From NCBI GenBank assembly GCA_039545335.1, contig BCIN01000003.1, positions 2,055,060-2,119,059 of the forward strand: 64,000 bases of DNA, read 5' to 3'. Source of the DNA: Kondoa subrosea. Its lineage: Eukaryota. Both the position numbers and the translations under genes were made by a program. This document shows, one piece after another, positions 52,270 through 64,000 of this stretch (position 1 is its first letter; every line of letters starts with the position of its first letter). The notes under the pieces are model-generated. The model made no database searches. It had not been told where the DNA came from and saw nothing but the letters and a program-made list of their open reading frames with translations.

Positions 52270-53483
52270 ATGACTTTGATCATGATTTCGCTCATTTTCG
52301 GCTTCGCGTCTGGCGTGATGGCTCTTGTTTTGCAACGTCTCATCAGTCGCTCAACTTTAGCAATTCCGCCAAATGACTATCGCAACCAGCTAAAAGGCAC
52401 TTCGCTACCCCAGCAACTCCAAGAAAGAGCCAAAGCGAACGGAACACTTGCTCAAGCCTTTGGTCTTAACAATCCTTTCACAAACAGCGACAAAGACTTG
52501 CACGAATCTTTTCTGCGTTCAGTAATCACACTTCTTGCTGGTCTCAACTTCTCCTCACAGTGGTCTGCTGTCAGCCTGATGGTCGAATCTTTGTTCGACA
52601 CGCAGGCGGAGACAATCAACCTTCGAGCGTGTATTCAACAAGCTACGCTCCTGGTAACAATACGTCACATACTTGGTCATCAAGATTCCATTGACAGCCC
52701 GCAGCTCTTGGCGGATTATATCAACCAGACCTGGATCAACAGCAAACAAGGCAAGAAAGCAACGCAAGCAGCACCCATCGTCCTAGGGCTTCTTACCGAT
52801 ATTTCACGGTCCCCAATATGCTCAAGATTTGCCAACGAGCATCCCTTCAATCCTTTGAATCTCATCATTCCGATTTACGAGAGCACAGCTCGTCTCATTC
52901 TGCTTCTTCTTCTTCTTTCTATCGCTCGTCTTCCCTCAGAAGAACAGCAGCACTTCGCGAATTTACTCATATCCTTCTCGTCCGAACAAACCTCTGCTAA
53001 GCTGAATACCGGCCAACCATCTCTTCACAATTACGTTTCAGAAGCTCTTCGTCTATACCCTCCCGTGAAGCGATTGCATCGATCATCTCCTTCAGGCGAC
53101 TTCTGCTTCAATATTGAGGCTCTACAGCACTCACCGGCTATTTGGGGAAGCGAAGTACTGCACTTTATGCCAGAACGGTTTCAAACTCTCACTGCAGCTC
53201 AAAAGGAAGCATATATGCCATTTTCGGTAGGCAAGATCGCGTGTCCGGCGAAAACCTTTGCGCCAATGATGAGTCTGTCATATCTTCACTACACTGCGAC
53301 TCAATTACGCTGATAAAAATTCCAGTCGCAAGTATTGTTTTAACCCTAGTGCAACATTTGGATCTCGCAAACCTTTCTGGATTCACGCTGCAAGAAGCGA
53401 GCGAGTGGAAGGCTGGCAGCCCATTAAGGAATGACCGAGAAAGCTACCAGAGCGTGGAAACACACAAGAAGGTTATGTGGTGA
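52270..53483 (+). CDS. Short, divergent cytochrome P450
   Basis: N-terminal TM, EALRLYPP (ExxR), PERF, YMPFSVGKIACPA heme-Cys loop; one intron near 3' end. Confidence 0.75.
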
Positions 53484-53885
53484 AGGTGCGACAGCTATGC
53501 TACGGACACGGACTGATCTCTATGAGTACTATGCGCGGATGATGCAGGGATGATGTAGATATATATGACATTGATAAGCCACTGTTTGCCTCGGAGTAAT
53601 CTGAGCCTATCGATCATTATAGAAGCAGGACCGGGACTTACGGATTAAAGGCTTGCAAGAGTCCATGATGATGGTTTTTCCTTTCTTTTGTCTGATATTG
53701 CATTCAACCGATGGACCTATAGCTCATTGAGTCCACGGTCGAAACGGACGTATATGGTACGCGCCATGCTCAGAACCTTAGGCGATCACAGGGTCAGAGT
53801 GTCACAGTGTCACATTCTCTGCAGTGTTGGCATCGTCCTTCAAGTATACTCTTGCTCTGGTGCGACACTAAGACTCTGACCGTGC

Positions 53886-55321
53886 TTAGAGCGACGTCGT
53901 TCTCGTTCCCAATCGAATGGTCTGCCAAACTTTTGCCAATAGTACTCGCATTCTCTCCCTCCCTCTTCTTTTGCTCAATTGCCAAACGAAAGCCACGAAG
54001 AAAGCGAATCCAAACACTTGCGCCATTGCTACCCTCAGAACAAATCTCTGTAGTAGCCCCCTGATTGAATTTGGTTTTCGATACAAAACAGTTTCGGGCG
54101 GTGTAGCTGGATCTAAGAATCGAGCTAGCGCTAATCGCATAGAGGCGAATGAACCTTGCACCACTTGATCGTCTTCATCTGAGCTGTTGTAAATCTTCAA
54201 AACTTTACGTTCTGTTGAAAGAGGCAAAGCAGATTTAGTTTGTTCCAGTGGAGGGGAATTAGTAGAGTCGGAATGATTATCGCCAGAAAGAGAGGAAGAA
54301 GATCCAGAGGGGGTGCGATTCGGATTGCTGCTTGCTTTGCCTTGACGCGAGGGCGTCGATGGTCTTGGATTTCTCTTCAGCTGCTCTACCTGACGTTGTC
54401 GTTCGATAGCTGCTTGTTGATTGCTTCTCAATTGCTGTAGCGACTGCTTGAGCATCTGCAAAATCATCTTAGCCTTATGTTCTTACAGGCTCAGGAGGTT
54501 CTTACCTGTACTTTTGCTGAAGACAAAACACCTCCTTGCTCAATCCTTTGGACATCAAGCCAGTCCTCTGATATCTTCCAATCCCCCAATTTAGGCAATA
54601 TGACCAAAGCATACGTGTCGATGATCTTCTCATACGCTTGCAACACAGTTCTGGCTTGTGGAACAGCTGAATGGGATGTGGAGGCAGAGAGACTAGCTGT
54701 AGAAGACTCCATAGACGGGACAAGGACACCACTCTCCTCCATTTCTGCAGCTGCTGCTTGACTTTCTCGTCTGAGTACTGAAATGATAGATTCAGGTAAA
54801 ATGCTAAGCCATGCTTCTGTTAATGCTTGAGGTATTGCAGTCGGACAATCGACCTTCAGACTTGCGAGGGTAAGGGACAGAAGAATAGAGGGGGGCAAGC
54901 GCTGTAAATGTGTCGCATCGCTGTGGATCGAGTAGGGCGTGACTGTAAGTGAAGCATGATTGGTGGAATAGAAGTCCAGAGCTGCATTGTAGAGCGCTGT
55001 GGTCTTCCTTTCTGGTGACTGCCCGAACAGCTTGTTCAAATTAACCAGTACAGGATGTTTAGATTCGAAAGCCAATGTTGCATTGCTGGACCAAATCGTG
55101 GCATACAGAGTGATGAGTAGCACTACAGTCCTTCTCTTCAGCTCTCTTTCCACATCTATAGCTTGCCCCAAGTCCTCTTCAAACCAGTTTGGACCATCGG
55201 TTGGCACAAGATTTAAAGCTGTATCCAATGCTTCAAGGGTCGTTGAGAATTGTCGCTGAACAAAGGCCTTGCTAGCACTACTCAGTAACTGCTTTAACTG
55301 GGTCTTTGGACCAGCAGACAT
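53886..55321 (-). CDS. PEX26/Pex15-like tail-anchored peroxin
   Basis: ASKAFVQRQF, YEKIIDTYALVILPKLGDW, C-terminal TM followed by basic tail LAKVWQTIRLG. Confidence 0.6.
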
Positions 55322-55724
55322 CGCCAACCTGGTGCAGGACAAGCGTAATCTCAAGTTTATCACATGCAAGACTCGAGAGTGACTCGAGGTACAAAGGTTC
55401 TCTCGCTCATATGGCATTTACTGGTTACAGAAGTACTCACAATCGTTCAACCGTGCATTTCCTTGCTCTTAATTGCGACCTTCGACTCGCAATATCCAAT
55501 TATGATGTAGGGTACCGATGATCATTGACCAATCATTGTGCGAAGGACCAATATAGATGCATAGTATGTGAGTGATGAGGAACATCGACGGATCTTGATG
55601 AACCCAAATTAAGAAGGAAGCGATGTAGATCAAAGGTATAAGATAGATTTCCAAAACTGACCTGGAGAAGAGATGTAAGACTTCTCAATCAAGCCTAGAA
55701 GAAATACCTACAAGAAGAGGAAGC

Positions 55725-58216
55725 TTAAGCGTTATGCCGTTCCCAATTGCCCAAAGCTTCTGTATCGCGCACACCCTTCTTTGGTTCCCAGGTAGCTTCA
55801 GATTCTGGATAAACTTGCCATACAACCAAGTATTTTTTCCTTCCACGCCCAACCTCTTTCTCTGCGATGATTCTCTCGATAAAGAACTCCTCTTCTTCAT
55901 CTAATAATACTGGCGGAGGACGTTGTTCGGGCAATCGAAGTGGAAAAGTTTTCGACATATCGTTTCGAACGGGTATAGTAGTCTGAGAGCCGCTACCGGA
56001 TGCTGTCGGTTTGCTAGGCGGCGTCAAGGAAGGAACATGTTGACTGGTCATGTTTGCTGAAATCTGCACAAATCTGACGTTTTTGGCAATCTGAGAAGGT
56101 CCCGGATGAATAGCTGGTTGCGAAGCCTTCTTGAGTGTAGGTGAAGATTTTCGTGAGATGTGTTGTCGAGCAGGAACATCTTTCTGAGAGATCCGAGGAG
56201 GCACGGGACGATGCTTCGGAATGAATAAATTTGCGCCGGAGTCAAGGTTCGGCAGAGTTCTTGGTACACCGGAAATCGTCTGAGGCGCTCGGGTGAAATG
56301 CGAACTGTTTTGCTGCGGAATTTGAGGTGTGACAGAATTCATCTGAGAAGGTCGAGCAAGAGCAGGATGACTTGATCGCGGGATCGGTGCCGAAACAGAT
56401 GCAATCCTGTGCGTCACACGCATAGAGCCCAGCTGATACTGTGAAGAGACCATAGCAAAAGCAGGAGTATTCATTTGAGGGTTTGCAGCGCTTTGTGGCC
56501 GGGTTGCAGCTGAGACAGAGACATATCGTCTTCTTGAGCGATCTTAACGCGGGTACGTTAGTGGGGCGGGCAGGATGATTTAGTAGGAATGAAGCCGGAA
56601 GACCGCTGTGAAGAGTAGACACCACGTGAGGTATTCTTCGAACAACACTGGGAGGAAGTGGAAGTGCGGTCGAAGTAGAATGATTGACGATGGTTCCAAT
56701 AGCAGTCGGAGGGACGGGTATCGGAGGAGGCAGATTGGGCTGAGATTTGGTTGATGCTTCGACAAGAGATGTGCGTCCTGCAGCAAGATTCTCCCTAGTC
56801 AATACCGCAGGCATTAGCATTCTTCCTGCTTCATCCATTTTCCAAATAGCTACTCTTTCGCCGAGCTTCGCGACTTTGACCGTCGAATTCAAAGTAGAAG
56901 TACGACCCGAGGGCAGCTTTCGCTTAATAGGATCGGGTGTCTCAAACTCCTTTACGCGCAGACTCACCCTCAACTCGATTTCCCCTTCATTTTTGTTGCA
57001 AAGCGATCGACAATGGAAAGGCATAGTTTCTGCTGGTGCAAAAAATTGAGTCGATTTGGCGATATATGGCAAATTGATGCTGAACCGGCGTAGACTCGGA
57101 ATAGCCAGGAAAGGAACAAAGCTCTCAGGAGAAGTGATCGTTGAGCCGTCTGATATGGTCAAATCGAAATCGACGAGTTTGGCAAGCGAGAGTAAAGTGC
57201 CTGCGAAAGCTGCGACTGCTAATGACCCTTGTACCAGAGTGTTATCCATCTGTAACGATTGACAGTTGGGAAAGCTCGACCATCTGGGCAGACGAGATGA
57301 ATCGAAGTTACCGGTTTTTGCTGCGGTTCAACGTACAATTGAAGCAATTCTTCTTGAGTAGTATCTTTCAAGGAGAAGTTCGACAGCTTAAGCTTGGTGA
57401 CATTCATGAAATGATGCTTTAGTGCAAGACCTTTACTCATATCATTGATTCGCCAAACAGCGGAAACGCCTTTGTCATCATGACAATAAAGTTCCAAATC
57501 GATCAAAATATTGATTGCTTGAACAATTGTCGAAACACAAGCAGTTCCAGTGCGATCTCTCTTGAGTGCTTCATCGAATTGCTTGAGGGTAAATTTGGCG
57601 GCTAGGCGATGAATGGCAGCTGGAAGAGGATGGAGTCGAAGATCGGAGGGCGTGAGATTGATAAGAGAAAGAGTTCGCAATTGCGACAAGCTATTCTGAG
57701 TTAGACCGCTGACATTGGGCATAGGATAGATTTTAAGTGGATCGGATTTGGTAATGGATAGATGGCAGATGCCTCCGAGGAAGAGAAAATCCTGAGGTAC
57801 GATGGAATGGGCAGCTAAAGCTGCTATGCCGGACAGAGGTGCTGATTTTATCTCAATATGCAAATAGTTTAAATTTGGGAACAGCTTCAAGCAGTCGATT
57901 TGCTGACGGAAGAGAGCATTATCAACAGGTTTCGCCTCTTCATCCTGACGGCCCGATGCGTTCAACGCGTTGTCTGCTAATTCGAAACACCATTGCACTT
58001 CCCTCACGATATTTGACCTTTTTGGTACCGCTCGTAAAGCATAAGCAAGCGTCTATCAGCCAAATGCTTGCTTTGAAGTCGGTTGTAAAGTAAAGGAATA
58101 GCATTCGCAAGACACGCTCGATTAACCAGACAGAAGGCATAGCAGGTAGATTGTGCCGAGTCGCCCAAAACACGACAGATGCGGTCTCCAATTTCCAGAG
58201 GAATTCGGTCAAGCAT
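55725..58216 (-). CDS. F-box-like/LRR-like protein with probable C-terminal chromodomain
   Basis: MLDRIPLEIGDRI..CLVNR..AIPLLY; final ORF ends EEEFFIERIIAE..KYLVVWQVYPESEATWEP; join of the last exon needs a weak-donor intron. Confidence 0.6.
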
Positions 58217-58672
58217 GACGGTATTGGTATTACAGTCAGCTGACAATGGTGAAAGACTGTCGCGTACCTAACATAAGCAATGCAGCATGCAACTTTTTTC
58301 TTCTCGATAATTGATAAGCACACTAAGTCCAAGCGGGCAACAAGAGACTCTAGCTGCATTTCGAACCTGCCACTAGCGTACGAGCATACAGGTTGCAGTG
58401 GGATGAAACGATTGTAAGCGTATAGCGGTTCCGATTCAACCTGTCTTTGTTTCCATTTCAAATGAAAGGTACACGGGCTACAACGGATATGATGCCAGCA
58501 TCAATGTACTTAAAAGCTCTTCTTCGTCTTCGCAAGTCCAAATATGATACTCTTCTTCCCCTTTGTTCTGGTCGAGATTTGCCTCGTCTATCAATATCGT
58601 ATTTCAAGCTTCTGCTCTCGCTCCAGAACCATACTCATTCATATATTCTTCTTCTTCCTTGTCCGTCCTACG

Positions 58673-59188
58673 TATGTTCAACCTGTCGTCCCCAGTATCA
58701 GCGCAAACAGCGAATCAGCATACTGTTTCTCAAGCTGGAGCTGCTCGGATTCCTCCAACTCGTACTCTAGCTACAGGCGATCACATCGATCTACAGCGCA
58801 AAGCTCAAAATCAAGAAGGGCGGGCAGAACCGCGAAAAGAACGCGAAGAGGAGTTGAGAGCTTCTGCTCATCTCCAATATCAGCAGAATCTTAGAAAAGG
58901 CGAGCGACCATCTAGATCCTGAGATGTAGATCGAAAAGCTGACAGATTGCCTGATCTCTAGCGGGTAGTGCATTGCCTTCTAGTACCGTCACTTTCGCCC
59001 AGAATTTGACTCGTGCAAAGGTCTACGACCGCACAATCCTTATTGAAGAGCCAGTATATCGTGCAGCTAAGAAGTCGGCCGCTACCGTTTTAGCGGTGCA
59101 ACAGAAGGAATTAGCATCGAAGCATCAGAAACAGGCAAAGAAGGCGCAGATGCGCGATGAGCGCTTGCATATGTTTCTCCAGGGATAG
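58673..59188 (+). CDS. Small hypothetical basic protein (2 exons, start uncertain)
   Basis: Two ORF segments (58563-58922, 58973-59188) joinable by a short intron; no family recognised. Confidence 0.35.
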
Positions 59189-59418
59189 CATATCTGTGAG
59201 CCAACAGTATCAATGCTTTTGAATCAATTAGATCAGCTACTTCTCATGCTTTACTACAATTTCTGTCGGTTCTACTGATACATTGCGGAATCCAAATGCT
59301 TGATTGGACCAATAGCTACAGTGGCGGTGGACGTCGGTAGTCAAGCTGTGGACAAGAGCTCAAACCAGCGTGCAAATGAGGGAGTTGCAGCCCACTGAGA
59401 GATCTCGTACATCGTCCT

Positions 59419-60090
59419 TCAATGCAACGTCGAAGGAGCTACAGGTATCAGCTGCATTGCCTTGATGTCCCAAACGCCATTCCTGGTATAGGTATCCGTT
59501 TCGATTGCCTGCCTGGCTTCTTCAATTGAAGCAGCTCGAATCCTGTAAGCTTCGCTGTAAGTCTGACCTCTCGCTCTGGTGAGAAACGTACATGAGATAG
59601 CTGCCATTCACTATTAGAGTACTGTCAGCTCTAAATTGGAAAACAGGGCAGAAACGACAAACTCTCAGAGACTGGAACAGGTGCAGGCAGATCCGCCGCG
59701 TCTTTCGTATATAAAGCTCCTCCCTATTGCATCCGGTTATTCTTCACTGTAATCTGCGATGTAGAAAAGCTCACCATCAATAATCGGCCATTCTTTGTGA
59801 ACACAAGCAGATCAGCTTCATTCGTTTGGAGAAGGGGAAAGCGCACTTTATGTCCCTCCTTTGCGTTCTTGAGATGTTCCGGTCTGATGCTAGCTCTGTC
59901 CGAGCCCTTGATATCTGACCCTCGTAAGTCAATATCGGCTACCTACTTCACTTGAGAGGCAAAGCGAACCAGGAATGATAGCCAAGTATTGATAGTTCTT
60001 CTCCGGTAACGGCTCCGCCCAGAAGTTCTTGGTTTCGGACATTATACGAGTCGTACTTGAAAGCAAGCGTCTTCCAGTGAGATGGAGCAT
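59419..60090 (-). CDS. YCII-related domain protein with possible mitochondrial presequence
   Basis: MLHLTGRRLLSST leader; RASIRPEHL, GGAL, MAGSYLMIRAASIEEAR..DTYTRNGVWD. Confidence 0.8.
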
Positions 60091-60248
60091 GTATTTCGCA
60101 AGTTTGACTAGATTTGGTTGCTTAAAGAAGGTAGAGCGTGTAGAGCAGTAGTAATAGCGTCCACGAAGGCTCAGATGACCGATCTCGCGTCAAAGCAAGA
60201 GATCAACACTTTGTTATTTTTTCGTTTCGAGGTTGATTTCAAAGGGCG

Positions 60249-62973
60249 ATGGAAGGGTGAGCTCTTCAAGGCAGCCTCGAGCTGTCAGACTCCTGCTGAT
60301 CAAAGATGATATAGAGCAGATTCTCAGCTCTCAAGTCCTTACACTTATCGCTTGGATCAATCATCTCAAAGCACTAATCATCCAATAGTCAGAACCAGCT
60401 CAACGACTGAAGACCCTCTTCCTCTAGTCTCAGGCCATACTATTCAACGAGAAAACACTTCACTGCTTTCTATTGTTTTGCCTGAAGGAACAACGGAACA
60501 GACTCCTGACAAATCAAACAGTACTGGACCGGACGATTCTCTTCTCTTACCTCGTCAAAGGATGGAAGCTAAGCAAGCTCAAGTTGAAGTGGAACAAGGA
60601 CAAGATGAGGTTATAGGAGATAGTGACAATGAGGGTAACGCACCCGCCTTGGACGCATTACAAGATGACTTTCAGGGTGAGCCAGATATTTTAAGCTACT
60701 TCTGCTCGTCTAACTGAATGCGAGAAACAGAAGTAGCAAAATCTCCAATCAAAAGCAATTCAGACATGGACACAACCGTTACTTCTTCTCTTGCACCTAC
60801 AAATCCTCCTGCTGTTCCGTCAGTCGAGGTACCTCCTGTACCTGCTGATCTTCTTCAAAAGGCTGCTAAGCCTTGGAAAGCTATACCTAGTCGTCGCAGC
60901 AGTTCGAACCATGTCTCTTCTGAAATCAACAGCGTCAACACAGCTAGTCTGAATCCTCTTATTCCACCTGCTGCTGAGTCTTCTTTGATCATCAATACTA
61001 CCAAATCTACTTCTTCACTCGAGAAATCTACAAACAAGAAAGATAAACCTACTTCTTCTTCTTCCAATGCTTCAGGCCAGAATAAGAAGAAGAGGAAGAC
61101 TATCCCTGATTCCGGCGAAGAATCAGGAGATGAATTGGCTTTACCACAACCTAGCAAGAAAAAAGCAAAGAAAGCTGTTGTTCAAGATGATGATGATTAC
61201 GGTGAAGATGAAGTCTTGAAGAAAGCTGCTGAGAAGAACGCCAAAGAATCGGAAGATGATGATGATTTCAATCCTGGTAAAGAAGCTGGCGATTCAAGAT
61301 GGAAACCTGCTGCTGGGAAAAGGAAGAGCGTCGGCAAGAATGCTGCTCCTGAAAAGAAGAAGAAAGTTCAGACCAAGAAGAATAAACCAGCGATTCAGGA
61401 TTCCCAAGATGAGAACGATTCTGATATTGAGATCATTGAGACAGCTCCTGCAACCAAGAAGAAGACAGCTTCTAAACCCAAAGCTACTTATACTAAGAAC
61501 AAAAATGGCAAAGCAAAAGAAGATCAAGCTGGAAATGAGGTGTCGAAGAGGAGCAAGAAGGCTACAACTAGCAAGGAAACTAACCCTCTCTCGAACGAAT
61601 TTGTGGATGAGGAAGATCTGGCGGATGATGTTCTCGCTCCATTGCCTTCCGCCTCAACTCAAAACGCCTCTAAATCCAGTCAAGATGCAGCTCAACCATC
61701 TTCACGACGTTCCTCCAAGACTCCAGCACCAGTCGCTGCGGAGGTTTCTTCAGCTAGATCACGTCGTGCTTCAACCCGTCGATCCTCTTCCGTAGCTCCT
61801 CTTGCGCCTGTTGCAGCACCTTCTTCACCAGCAAGTAAACGCTCCACCAGAGCTTCGAGATCAAATACCAAAGACACACAGCGCAATAATGATACCGACA
61901 AAAGTCCTCAGCCGAAAAGCAGAAAGCGCAAATCTACTACAAATGAAGAGCCGAAGAAGAAAACTAATAGTCTTTTGCATCTTGATTCTGACGAAGGAGA
62001 GGAGCTCTCGGTAGCTAAGAAAGCCAAGGTTGCTGAAGAAGTAGAAGAAGATACTGGATCCGCGAAAGAACCTGTTGAACCGACGCCAAATGTAGCTTCA
62101 GCCGGAGAAGAGATGGCGCAACCTTCCACCTCGAAATCGAAAGTGAAAGCGAAACCTGCCCCGAAAAGAGCTGCATCAGTCAAGACTAAAGCTAAACCTA
62201 AAGGCAAGAGCAAAGTGATTGCTGACAGTGATGAAGAAGAGGAATCCAACGGTACCGTAATAGCTCAACAAGAGGAAGAGAAAGAAGAACAGATGCTTCC
62301 CGAGATCAACAGTTCGGGAAAAGTCAAGGATATCATCGAGACAGAAAAGGCAGAAGATACTTTCGAACCTGATACAGAAGTAGAGCCTGAAGCTGATGAA
62401 GCCAAAAAAGGCAAACAGAAGGGGAAAACAAAGACTAAAGAGACGGTCGATATCAGGGTACCCGAACTGGAAAAAGCTGAGGAACCTGCAAAACCTGTGA
62501 GCTGTCATTCGCAACCAGCAGTAAATCATCTGCTGACGCTACACTTAGGTCGAGAAGACATCCATCTCCAAAGCTCCTTCGATCAACAAGGATAAGAAGC
62601 CTAAAAGTGAGTTGTTCTGTTTGTTTACTGCGCTCCACTGTTGATCTCCCTGACAGAGGACAGCGTTGCAGCTATTCTGGCTAAGACGTCTCTCTACGGC
62701 CACAGACGTCCTGGTCTATCGAAGCGGTGCTCGGTAGCTCCTTTGCATGCCAACATCAAAGCTGTAGTGAAGAAGCCTGCTATACCGAAATCAAAGAAGA
62801 GGGACGACAGCGATGATGACGGCGAGGTTTGGATCGATCCAGTCAAAGCAGCAAGGGAGAAGAGGCTTCGTGAAGAACTAGGATTAGATCCAGAAGACGA
62901 GCTGACATCGGAGCAAAAACGACCTTTGAATGCCGGTTTTGATGACGAAGAGCAGCAGTACAACTCAGACTAA
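60249..62973 (+). CDS. Large K/E/S-rich disordered, probably nuclear protein
   Basis: ORFs 60352-60717, 60718-62595, 62641-62973 joined by short introns; many NLS-like runs; C-terminal RRPGLSKR..APLH motif. Confidence 0.65.
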
Positions 62974-63115
62974 GAGTAGGTGATCCATCGGGAATATTCG
63001 TCTTTCTTGTATTGTGGTTTGGTTGTATTCGGGTATTACATTGAGGTCATGTAGAATGAATAAGTATTTACAATTTGAAGGGATAATTCATTACACGGCA
63101 TATCCGATTTGCTTT

Positions 63116-64000
63116 CTATGCAATAGTATCATACGCCTTGAAGGCCTGTGATCGAAATTAGCTAAACTTGAATTGACTTGAGCGATCAACACGTACAGCC
63201 TTGAAGGCAGTTGCTTCGGCTTTCTCCTCCTCATCACTCCTAGCGCACACCTTCCAATCCATTCGATCTGGTACTCCCAGCAGACTGGCTATCGTTCCTC
63301 TGCCAAATTGCAAATTGAAGTTTCTTCCAGGTTTGAGCAAATGAATCATCTTGCGACCATCAGGTAACTCGATCTTGAAGTAGTTCTCCTTGATACCTTG
63401 CGAATCTAGGATGTCGGCATCTTGTTCAAATTGATAGCCTTCCTTTACACCTTGATCCAGGAAGGCTGAAGCGGCCTTTTCCGCCTGCGCATTTGGTATC
63501 GGGCAAACCTGTGCAAATCCTGTGTAAAGTGCAAGAACTACTTAGACCACCTTGACTTACCTGAACATGAGCATGCCCTCCTTTCCCGCTGTAACGCCCT
63601 ACTTCAAAAGTGATCATGCTTGAACCATGTTCAGCATAGCATTCCTTCAGAGCAGTCTTGTATGCTTCGACTTCCGAGGTAACACTTTCAATTTGCTCGG
63701 GTGGAACGCCACGCATAGTAGGGTAATGCCCGATCTGCACTTGAGTTAGCATACGCAGTAGACGTTACAGAGCATGACTTACTGGAATGATCAATACATG
63801 ACCCCCGCCTGGTACAAGCGAAGACGAATCCTGCGTATTTGGTATTTGACCCTTGGGCAAAGTAACATAACACTCATTACCGATTGAAACAATCAAATGC
63901 TTGGTAACGCTTGGATTCGACAAGCAGAACCAGCATTCTCCGGCTATGTATGTAGATGAGCATTGAGACGTAGGAGAAGAAGCGTTACACACGAGTGATT
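63116..64000 (-). CDS. DRN1: CWF19-like 1 / Drn1 (CwfJ domains), 3' part
   Basis: CWFCLSNP..KHLIVSIGNECYVTLPKG, GGGHVLIIP, GGHAHVQ, FNLQFGR, RMDWK. Confidence 0.88.

Noticed and set aside
40018..53483. Secondary-metabolite cluster (two MFS, hydrolase, P450)
   Set aside because: No backbone enzyme (PKS/NRPS/terpene synthase) or cluster regulator, and KU70 is interspersed
12508..55321. Peroxisome gene cluster (PEX11 and PEX26-like) or DNA-repair cluster (PIF1, KU70)
   Set aside because: The genes are 40-45 kb apart with many unrelated genes between; co-occurrence is likely chance
55725..55920. Chromovirus LTR retrotransposon remnant
   Set aside because: No integrase, RT, RNase H or LTR sequence recognisable nearby

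Overview
Gene-dense, intron-rich eukaryotic DNA (short ~45-70 nt GT-AG introns, CTRAC-like branch points, many micro-exons). This is consistent with a basidiomycete fungus (inference from gene structure and protein style). About 33 protein-coding genes can be read by hand-splicing. Housekeeping genes include VCX1-like exchanger, EFM4, SGD1/NOM1, PEX11, PRE5, NIP7, RPL27, OXP1, EAF6, KU70, PEX26-like and CWF19L1/DRN1. Also present: two MFS transporters, a lipase, an acylphosphatase and a YCII protein. Most notable: (1) a Pif1 helicase with an in-frame N-terminal RNase H1-type RNA:DNA hybrid-binding domain (Cauli_VI); (2) a tandem array of four diverged DUF7918-like paralogs, three ending in a SUMO-interacting-like motif; (3) a probable F-box-like/chromodomain fusion; (4) a short non-canonical P450 and an HExxH zincin-like orphan. 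No rRNA, tRNA, CRISPR or intact transposon was recognised. Coordinates span first to last coding base from manual splice inference and some ends are approximate.
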